Source of the DNA: a virus
Lineage: Duplodnaviria > Caudoviricetes
Virus record (IMG/VR): IMGVR_UViG_3300005611_000113
Span: 1-33,442 of that record
DNA length: 33,442 nucleotides
Strand: one strand, 5' to 3'
Positions 17,119 through 23,968 of this stretch are shown in pieces (position 1 is the first letter of the stretch; every line of letters begins with the position of its first letter). Both the position numbers and the translations under genes were made by a program. Under the pieces are notes generated by a model. That model made no database searches. It was not told the DNA's origin and was given only the letters and a program-made list of their open reading frames with translations.

Positions 17119-19506
17119 CTAGTTGAAGAAGTAGAGAGATTGCCGCACGGCGGCGGGGTCGAGCGTCCCGTAGGTGGGCAGCTCAGGGAGTGACACTTCG
17201 GGCGGAAGGTAGGCCTCCACCTCACGCTTGAACTCAGCCAGCAGATCGCGGCTGAACATGGAGGCTGCTGCCTCGAGGATGCTGCTGTGCAAGAGGCCTG
17301 CATCGGCGGCCCTGGTGGCGAAGCTGTCGTGCACGACGGCGAAGTCCGTCACGCCTTGACGCTTGGCCTCGAGGATCGTGGTGAACATCAGAGCCGCGTC
17401 CATCGAGTGGACCCAGTTGGGCGCGAGGCCGTTCAGCATCTTGCGCCGGTCGATCCTGTCGGTCTCCTCACGCAGCTTGTGCTGACGGATGGTGTCACCG
17501 ATGCGCGTCTTGATGCTCCGCATCTTGAAGCGCCGGTAGTCCTGCCGAACCGGGTAGCCCACAGGTGTAGTCCATCGCACAGGCACCTCGTTGTGTACGC
17601 AGATGTCCGCCACTGCGCTGAACCAGTCCATGGCCTGTTGCGCTCCGCTGATCACCAGGTCGAGCGCGTTCCAGATCTGGCGGGCCAGGTACAAGCAGGC
17701 CTTCTGGTCGTTGTCCACGGGCAGGAACTTCTCATCGCCCCCCGCCTTGTCGATTCCCCACTCGCGCACATACTGCATGGCGCTGTAGAGCTGGGCGTTG
17801 TAGACCCGCGTCATCACGATGCGCTTGGTCGCTGTGCGGTCGATGCCGAACTCCAGCCACATCCGGCCCAGCTCGGTGCCGTCTGCCTCCATGAGCTCGA
17901 TCACCTTGTCGGCCACCTGCTGATACAAGTCCTGCGGCTTGTCGGCGGGGGTGCAATTGGTGGCCGCGGCACCGATGGGATCACGCAGCGCAAGGGAGAG
18001 CACCTGCACTCCCGACTGCGTGGCGTCCAGTGCCACGGCCAGCGAGGACTCGAAGCCCTCCGGGTTCGCAACCCAATCGGCGTACTCCTTGCAGAAGGCG
18101 AGGAACTGCCACGGCTCATCGGCCTCAGCCCAGAAGGAGCTGTGAAGGTAGGGATCCTTGGCCACCTCGAGGATGAGCGGGTGGCTTCCGTTCACCCACT
18201 CCACTCTGTCCTCGAACGAGGCCTTGGTCATGCCATAGCAATTAGCACCATGGATCTTGAGCCAACGGACCCCCTCTGCATCCAGCTTCGCGCCCTTCCC
18301 AAAGCGCAGCAGTGCCTTGACGTAGTCCGGCCCCTGCGGATGCAGATGGAATGATGTCTGGTAGGCGCGGCTGCGCCAGTCGAGCTGCGCCACGAACCAC
18401 ATAGAGCGGCCCGAGTATTCCTGCGCCATGTGCAAGACCTTCTCCATCGTGAGCCTAGAGGCCACGGTGTGAGCGTTGTGGTCGTACACCGCTGCGGCAG
18501 CTCTTCGCCACTTGCGTCGTGCGACTTCGTTGGTCTCGATGTCCAACGGCTTCGGCGGGATCTCGAGGTTATCACGCGCCGGCAGCCCAGCCACCTCGCT
18601 CCCCGTGCCCCAGTAGGACTGGAGCACCTCGAGCAGCCAGGTGTTCACGGTGAACTCCGAGTTCTGGATGGTGTTCACCGCTTCGTACAGCTCGGGCATC
18701 TCCGCGAGCTCGAGCTCCTCGAGGTAGCGACGGTCCCAACACTTCACCAAGGGGCGACGGTAGAGGTCCTTGGTGTGGAAGCCACCTTGGGTGGGGGATG
18801 TCCATGGCTTCGGCGGAGCCAGGCAGGGGAGGTACACCGGGGTCAGCAGTTGCTGCCGCTCATGCGCCTGCTCCATCCACCTCATCGTCTGCTCCGTGGC
18901 GCACACCTCCGCCCGAGTCTTGCCGAACATGGTCATGCGGTTCTGCACTTCGATCAGCCCGGTGCTCTGCGCCAGGAGCTCGATGGCAACGGTGCCCACT
19001 TGCAGCTTGTCGGTCTGGGTCCACTTCACGAACGGGTGCTTCATGCGGTTCATCAAGGCGACGATGCTGCGCCGCTTCACCGAGTAGCCCATGTACTCAT
19101 TGACCCGCTTCTTCACAGCGGTCCACAACTTCGGGTCCGACTCGGCCAGGGCCATGTAGCGGCACTCGTCCTCGAGCAGCGTGGCCACCTGGATGGCACA
19201 GCGCGTAGCGGTCTTGCGCCTGCTCACACCATCGAGCACGCACCGGGCGACCAGTGCAGCGATCAGGTGTGCTGGCAGGAGCTCGAAGTAGATGACTGCA
19301 CGGTGCGCCTTGCCTGGCCTCGAGTTGGCCAGGTGAATCCACGACTCAATAGCCTCAGCCAAGTGCGTCACTGCATTGGCGAGAAGCCACTGGCCAGCTG
19401 GCGTCGTGGTCTCAAGGCCGTGCTGCTCAGCCTGGTCCTTGCGTGCCTGGTAGCGGGCCTTGCCCAACCGTGCCATCTCGCGCTCAAGGGCTGCTTGCTC
19501 GCTCAA
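17119..19506 (-). CDS. Single-subunit T7-like DNA-directed RNA polymerase
   Basis: 795 aa; PPKPW, LDWRSRAY, motif A LDATQSGVQ, motif B RTATKRIVMTRVY, APNWVHSMDA, motif C VHDSF, C-terminal YFFN. Confidence 0.97.
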   Translation of the reverse strand: MSEQAALEREMARLGKARYQARKDQAEQHGLETTTPAGQWLLANAVTHLAEAIESWIHLANSRPGKAHRAVIYFELLPAHLIAALVARCVLDGVSRRKTATRCAIQVATLLEDECRYMALAESDPKLWTAVKKRVNEYMGYSVKRRSIVALMNRMKHPFVKWTQTDKLQVGTVAIELLAQSTGLIEVQNRMTMFGKTRAEVCATEQTMRWMEQAHERQQLLTPVYLPCLAPPKPWTSPTQGGFHTKDLYRRPLVKCWDRRYLEELELAEMPELYEAVNTIQNSEFTVNTWLLEVLQSYWGTGSEVAGLPARDNLEIPPKPLDIETNEVARRKWRRAAAAVYDHNAHTVASRLTMEKVLHMAQEYSGRSMWFVAQLDWRSRAYQTSFHLHPQGPDYVKALLRFGKGAKLDAEGVRWLKIHGANCYGMTKASFEDRVEWVNGSHPLILEVAKDPYLHSSFWAEADEPWQFLAFCKEYADWVANPEGFESSLAVALDATQSGVQVLSLALRDPIGAAATNCTPADKPQDLYQQVADKVIELMEADGTELGRMWLEFGIDRTATKRIVMTRVYNAQLYSAMQYVREWGIDKAGGDEKFLPVDNDQKACLYLARQIWNALDLVISGAQQAMDWFSAVADICVHNEVPVRWTTPVGYPVRQDYRRFKMRSIKTRIGDTIRQHKLREETDRIDRRKMLNGLAPNWVHSMDAALMFTTILEAKRQGVTDFAVVHDSFATRAADAGLLHSSILEAAASMFSRDLLAEFKREVEAYLPPEVSLPELPTYGTLDPAAVRQSLYFFN

Positions 19507-19763
19507 GAGCAGACCCCCAGCAGCAGCAGGCCCACCGCAAGGGAGAGCAGCAGGGCCTTGTGAAGCACACCTGCGGGAGCGGCGGGAACCACTCCGCGAA
19601 CCTGCACCGCCCCACGACTGCGGGTAAACGGCTCGGCTGCTCCAGCAGGTGCCCGACCTCCACTGTGGAAGTCGGTGTAGAAGGCTCCACGCGAAGTCAG
19701 CCCGGCATCAACGTGGAGCCTGGAGGACACAGCGTCCTCCGGTTCTTTGGTAGGGGAGCTCAC
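19503..19763 (-). CDS. Hypothetical early protein with C-terminal hydrophobic segment
   Basis: 4-nt start/stop overlaps with both neighbours; ends LLLSLAVGLLLLGVCS. Confidence 0.5.
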   Translation of the reverse strand: MSSPTKEPEDAVSSRLHVDAGLTSRGAFYTDFHSGGRAPAGAAEPFTRSRGAVQVRGVVPAAPAGVLHKALLLSLAVGLLLLGVCS

Positions 19764-19990
19764 ACCCAGTCCTTGGGGTCATACCCACCAGGGTGCACCT
19801 CGTCGTCCTGAAGGCACTGGGGACACCCAGGCTCGATCACTGCGATCTCGCCAAAGCTGTCCAGCAGCTCGCGGTCGAAGCTGTACCACTCGATGGCACA
19901 GCGGCCACAGTGCCACTCAGTGCGCCAGCGGTTGGCCGCATCCTCGCGGTCCACATCCGCATACTTCTCGTAGCGCAGGTCGTCACGCAT
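19760..19990 (-). CDS. Hypothetical early protein, Zn-ribbon-like
   Basis: CGRC...CPQC cysteine pairs in 76 aa. Confidence 0.65.
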   Translation of the reverse strand: MRDDLRYEKYADVDREDAANRWRTEWHCGRCAIEWYSFDRELLDSFGEIAVIEPGCPQCLQDDEVHPGGYDPKDWV

Positions 19991-20069
19991 GACGGACCCC
20001 CGTTGTGAGGTGGTGGGTGCAAAGGTTGGTGCCCACCAGCACCCGCAGCTCTCCTTTGCTAGATGTCAT
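19983..20069 (-). CDS. Possible 28-aa peptide
   Basis: MTSSKGELRVLVGTNLCTHHLTTGVRHA; ATGA overlap with the upstream ORF. Confidence 0.35.
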   Translation of the reverse strand: MTSSKGELRVLVGTNLCTHHLTTGVRHA

Positions 20070-20206
20070 GCCATCCTCTCCCTTTTCAGAGCGGCATTGA
20101 CTAGGGGTGCCAGCACCAAGAACACAGGTGCCACGATGATCACGGCTTCGCACCAAGACCAGACCATCGCCAGGCAATAGAGTGCCAGCTCGCAAATGGC
20201 CTCCAT
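20066..20206 (-). CDS. 46-aa hydrophobic membrane peptide (below the ORF-track cutoff)
   Basis: MEAICELALYCLAMVWSWCEAVIIVAPVFLVLAPLVNAALKRERMA; TAATG overlap upstream and ATGA overlap downstream. Confidence 0.55.
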   Translation of the reverse strand: MEAICELALYCLAMVWSWCEAVIIVAPVFLVLAPLVNAALKRERMA

Positions 20207-20412
20207 TACTGCACCTTTTGGGCGGCTGCCCGCTGCATCCAGAAGCGGACCAAGGCCTGCTCCAGAATCCTTGCCAGCTCGGGTCGCTCCTCAGCGATAG
20301 CCCGCAGCCGGTGCTCCTCAGAGGGCTTGTCGCCCCAGTCTTGAGGATTGAGTTCGAACTCCCAGGCCCAGTTGAACCGGGCGCACTGCTTGTGGAATTC
20401 GGTGGGCCTCAT
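20206..20412 (-). CDS. Hypothetical early protein
   Basis: 68 aa; GAGGAGG RBS and ATGA coupling with the upstream ORF. Confidence 0.65.
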   Translation of the reverse strand: MRPTEFHKQCARFNWAWEFELNPQDWGDKPSEEHRLRAIAEERPELARILEQALVRFWMQRAAAQKVQ

Positions 20413-20732
20413 GCCGTCACCTCTTCCTCATGGGCCTCGACGTAGTCGGCCTCCTCGAGCTCACGCGCCGCAGCACAAGACCTGTGCTTGCAGCGGTACT
20501 GCATCAGGTCGCGGCGGAAGTCGTGGCCCCCGTCGTGGATGTTCTCGACACAACGGAGCGTGGCCTCCCATTCACAAGGCTCACCGGGCAGCTGGATGCT
20601 GGTCGCGAGCAGCTTCAGGAAGTGCTCGAGGCAGTCGAGGCACAACGCCACCTCACCCGCAACGGTGCGCGGGGTCTCTCCGGCGGGGATGAGGTACTCA
20701 GCCGCCTGGTGGCAGGTGATGCAGGCCTTGAT
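20409..20732 (-). CDS. Cys-rich (Zn-finger-like) early protein; start uncertain
   Basis: CITC...CLDC...C...C...CKHRSC with phage-like codon usage from about 20732. Nearest in-frame ATG is 20957, inside the structured region. Confidence 0.55.
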   Translation of the reverse strand: MKACITCHQAAEYLIPAGETPRTVAGEVALCLDCLEHFLKLLATSIQLPGEPCEWEATLRCVENIHDGGHDFRRDLMQYRCKHRSCAAARELEEADYVEAHEEEVTA

Positions 20733-20739
20733 TGAACGT

Positions 20740-21120
20740 GAGTAGGATTGCGATTTCCTACGGACATCAAAGTCCGCTGACCCCCGTTGGGACCAGTTAA
20801 TTGGTTGCGATGTTTGAGAACCGTAAAGGGCTCGGGAGCCAGCGTCGCCGCCATCAAGGTCCGATAATGTACGTCGGGTTGCTTCCCAACGCGGGCCTCC
20901 GGCCCTCTTCCCTTGATTGCGTGCGACACCCCCCGATGACGGAGTGATGTGCTGCATGCATCTACTAACGGTAGATCTTGCCAGATTCCAAACTCCTAGT
21001 TTGGAAATTCCTGGCCGTGGTGCCACAGGTGGGAGAAAGGTGGCGGGGTGGCTCATGTCCCGCCAGCTGCCGATAACGACCAAATCGAGGTGAGCCACGC
21101 CTCCTAACGGCAGCCTGTTC
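20740..21120 (-). ncRNA. Candidate structured RNA / attP-containing region downstream of the integrase
   Basis: About ten helices in ~380 nt, an 8-bp loop-loop complement and a ~24-bp interrupted helix. Several pairs are G-U on the minus strand but A-C on the plus strand. Confidence 0.5.
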
Positions 21121-21123
21121 AGT

Positions 21124-21963
21124 CTAGCGCCCAACCTCCAAGAGGCGCACAGCGTCCTCGAGGTTGCGCGGGGCAAGGTGTGCGTAGATCAGGGTGGTCT
21201 CGAGCTTGGCGTGGCCGAGGAGCTCCTTCACGGTGAGGATGGGCACCCCGGCCTGCACCAGGCGCGAGGCGCACCCATGGCGCAAGCAGTGGGGGGTGAA
21301 CTGCTTGTCGTCCGCCAGGCCCATGGCCTTCTTGGCCTTGTTCCAGGCGTACTCAAGGTGAGCCTGGTTGATCTCGGTGAAGGGCCCATCGCCACCCTGC
21401 TCCCTGCGGGCCTCGAGGATCCGCTGGACACGCTGGGTGCAAGGGATCGACCTCGAGGTGCCACCCTTGGTCTCCCACAGGCGGATCCAGCTGCCATCAA
21501 CATCCTCCCACTGGAGGCCCAGCAGCTCGCTCCTGCGGCAGCCCGTGTCCGCGAGGCAAGCCACCAGGTCACTGAGGTCCTCGCGGCCCTGCTCGCGCAG
21601 GAGGCGGATCATCTCGGCCTCCTCCTCCTGAGTCTGCCACCGCAGCCGCCCCTGCTTCTCCTTGAACTTCTGGATGTGGGGGACCTTGGCGATCCATTCG
21701 CGCTGGTGAGCCCAGGTGAGCATGCGGCTGAGCACCGAGAGCCTGCGGTTCACCGTCTTCTCCGAGGTGCCCGAGGCCACCCACTGGTCAGCCTGGTCCT
21801 CGATCATCGAGGCCGTGATCCTGTGGACCTGGCGGTCAGCACCGAAGCCCTCGAGCACCTTGTTCAGGTTGGAGCGGTGCGGGGCAGGGGTGCGGGTGCC
21901 AGCCCAGAACTTGGGCCAGGCCTTCTCAGCCAGCTGGCCGAGGGTGAGCGGGGTGCGCTTCAT
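21124..21963 (-). CDS. int: Tyrosine recombinase / phage integrase
   Basis: 279 aa with the full catalytic set: TGCRRSEL (R), ETKGG (K), HCLRH (HxxR), LGH, TLIYAH (Y). AAGGAG RBS. Confidence 0.95.
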   Translation of the reverse strand: MKRTPLTLGQLAEKAWPKFWAGTRTPAPHRSNLNKVLEGFGADRQVHRITASMIEDQADQWVASGTSEKTVNRRLSVLSRMLTWAHQREWIAKVPHIQKFKEKQGRLRWQTQEEEAEMIRLLREQGREDLSDLVACLADTGCRRSELLGLQWEDVDGSWIRLWETKGGTSRSIPCTQRVQRILEARREQGGDGPFTEINQAHLEYAWNKAKKAMGLADDKQFTPHCLRHGCASRLVQAGVPILTVKELLGHAKLETTLIYAHLAPRNLEDAVRLLEVGR

Positions 21964-22210
21964 CAGTGTCTCCTTGGTCGTAGAGAGCCCAGCGGTGCGC
22001 CGGGGACACTTGACTTATCGGGTGTCGCCTCGGATTAGGCAACAGGAAAATAGAAAGGGCCGGGGCGGCGGGTCATCGGGGGCAGGTGTGCGCCTCAAGA
22101 AACGTAGGGGGCCTCGGGTACTCAAGTACCCCAGCTCGGGGTTCTCCCCTCGGAGCGCGACGAGGATGGTGCCGCTGTTGATGACCACCTGGCGACCAGC
22201 GGTGGGCATC

Positions 22211-22311
22211 GGTGGGCAGAAGGAACTGAGGTGGGCAGAAGGGACTGAGGTGGGCAGAAGGAACTGAGGTGGGCAGAAGGAACTGAGGGGGCAGAAGGAA
22301 CTGAGGGGGCA
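22211..22311. repeat. Tandem 19-bp direct repeats (GGTGGGCAGAAGGAACTGA) x5 plus partial units
   Basis: Units start at 22211, 22230 (one substitution), 22249, 22268 and 22287 (18 bp); partial units at 22201 and 22305; no spacers. Confidence 0.95.
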
Positions 22312-22661
22312 CCGGTGTCCCACATTTGGGAGGGCAAAACGCACAGGGTATCTATCAGCGAAGCCGCCTCGCGCCCCCGCCGGCCGGGTCCGCCGCGCTT
22401 GAGGCCCCCCCTTACCCCCCCTGGGGCCCCCCTGGTGCACCCTGTTAGACTGTCCATCAAACCGATACCCCCTCCAAATCAGCCTTCTCGGGGTCATGAG
22501 GGCCGATTCTCGGGGCGCTCGAGGCGCTCGAGGCCACCCTACCCCCCTCGAGCGCACGTTTGCGGGGGCGTGCGCGGGTGCGCGGATGGCCTAGGGGGCC
22601 CGGGGGGGTGGGCGCGACTATGACGAACGTACAGTCGCTCAGATTTTTGCACCGACTTGCC

Positions 22662-22725
22662 GCACCGTTGGGAGCACCGTTGGGAGCACCGTTGCCCCCC
22701 AGTGCACCCCAGTGCACCCCAGTGC
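22662..22725. repeat. Short tandem repeats: GCACCGTTGGGA x~3 then CCCCAGTGCA x~3
   Basis: Read directly at 22662-22694 and 22697-22725. Confidence 0.9.
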
Positions 22726-22738
22726 CCCCGTTGCCCCC

Positions 22739-23011
22739 TCAGCCCCCCTTGGGCACAGGGATGTCCCAGAGGGCCTTGATGACCCCTGTGGGGATGCAGC
22801 ACACAGAGCCCAATTGCGGCTCCTCGTCCACCGTCTCCACCGTTGAGGCCAGGGTCACATAGGCCTCGGTCTGGTGCACCACGATGCCCACGGTGCACAT
22901 CGGTGCTGGTGTGAGATCCATGGCTTCATCTGGTGAGAGCCATGGCCGCTCGATGCCCACGATGTCTTCCCAGTGGACCATGACCCACCGAGGCTTCCTG
23001 TTGGTGCTCAC
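22739..23011 (-). CDS. Hypothetical phage protein
   Basis: 90 aa with a V.VHWEDI......W...CTVG...TLAS......IP.GVI pattern; GTGA overlap with the upstream ORF. Confidence 0.7.
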   Translation of the reverse strand: MSTNRKPRWVMVHWEDIVGIERPWLSPDEAMDLTPAPMCTVGIVVHQTEAYVTLASTVETVDEEPQLGSVCCIPTGVIKALWDIPVPKGG

Positions 23012-23286
23012 GGGATCGGGTTGCTGCCCCCTGACGCATCCCCAGGGCGGCTCTGGCGGGCCGTGGTGGGGTTGTATCGGGTACGGAACCCAGACTGAGC
23101 ACCTCGTTCCCCTAGAGCTAGCGCCTGGGCCAGGCTCATGGAGTCAGCTCCCTCGAGCACGCACATGAGGTTGCCCCCGATGTTCTTGAGCTGGTAGCCC
23201 TCGGGACAGGGATTCACCATGAGCTCCTGACGGGGCATCGGATCAAGCCCGGCCAATGCCAAGAGGGCCTCAACGTCGAAGTGCAT
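23008..23286 (-). CDS. Hypothetical protein
   Basis: ATG 23286 with an AAGGAG RBS; 92 aa; CPEGY...C motif. Confidence 0.6.
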   Translation of the reverse strand: MHFDVEALLALAGLDPMPRQELMVNPCPEGYQLKNIGGNLMCVLEGADSMSLAQALALGERGAQSGFRTRYNPTTARQSRPGDASGGSNPIP

Positions 23287-23297
23287 GGGGCTCCTTA

Positions 23298-23673
23298 GTG
23301 CACAATTGTGCACATAGAGGGGTTGAGTGGGCCGAGGGGAGGAGAACTACTACCACCTCCCCCTCTCGCCCCCTATAGGCACAATTGTGTCTTAGGGTAG
23401 ACCTATGAGGATTCTTCTTCTCTCTTTAGGTCTTCTTCTAATCTCTTCTATCCCTATAGGCACAATAGGGGGGGCTTTCTTCATGAGGGAAGAGCTTTCG
23501 ATGGAGGTCGTTCTTGGAGGTCGTCACCAGTGCCCACCGATGCCCCTCGGAACCCAAAAGCACAATTGTGCACAATTGGGGGATCTGGAGCGTCGTCAGC
23601 GGTAGGCCGGGGCCACCAGTGACCAAGGTGCACAATTGGGGGCCTTGGTGCGTCGTCAGCGGTGGCCTGGGGG
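23298..23673. repeat. GCACAAT(T) motif array with palindromes and a ~45-bp direct repeat
   Basis: 16-bp palindrome GTGCACAATTGTGCAC at 23298-23313; motif copies at 23379, 23460, 23560, 23570 and 23630; imperfect repeat 23568-23614 versus 23628-23673. Confidence 0.85.
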
Positions 23674-23746
23674 CTGCCATTGCCCAGAAGGCCCCTAGGA
23701 GCCTCTGTGAGAGCGTTTCACCCTCGCTGAGAGTCAGAGGTCATCT

Positions 23747-23968
23747 TTAGTAGCTGCCTCGCTCCTGCGGCTCCTCAGAGGCCTTCCTGGCAATGTCGCT
23801 CATTCGTAGTGCCTGGTCGTGGTCTACCTCGATGGTGGCCCACTTGTAGGCACAGTTGAGGCACAGGCGCCACCTACGGACTGTCTTGAAGTGGGTGTCC
23901 CAGGTGGCACTGATGACATGGGTCAGCTCCGAGACGCAGTGGGGGCAAGGGACGCTCAGCCGAGCCAT
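23747..23968 (-). CDS. Zn-ribbon protein resembling the NrdR N-terminal / Ogr-Delta-type domain
   Basis: CPHC...T.V.......VRRWRLCLNCAYKWATIE; no ATP-cone domain follows. Confidence 0.7.
   Translation of the reverse strand: MARLSVPCPHCVSELTHVISATWDTHFKTVRRWRLCLNCAYKWATIEVDHDQALRMSDIARKASEEPQERGSY

Noticed and set aside
19983-20195. 70-aa ORF from the track
   Set aside because: Better explained by two coupled ORFs (20066-20206 and 19983-20069) with canonical start/stop overlaps.
20740-21120. Group I or group II intron, tRNA, tmRNA, SRP RNA or RNase P
   Set aside because: GAGCC...CGGTTC resembles only the base of group II domain V, without the upper helix. A P4/P5-like stem exists but no convincing P7 G-binding site. 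No T-loop/CCA or other hallmark motifs were found.
22201-22311. CRISPR array
   Set aside because: Repeats are contiguous with no unique spacers, and there are no cas genes.
22015-22717. ORFs across the repeat-rich end region
   Set aside because: Low-complexity translations of tandem repeats and G/C runs, with no RBS or codon bias.
23747-23968. True nrdR gene
   Set aside because: Only the Zn-ribbon portion is similar; the ATP-cone domain is absent.
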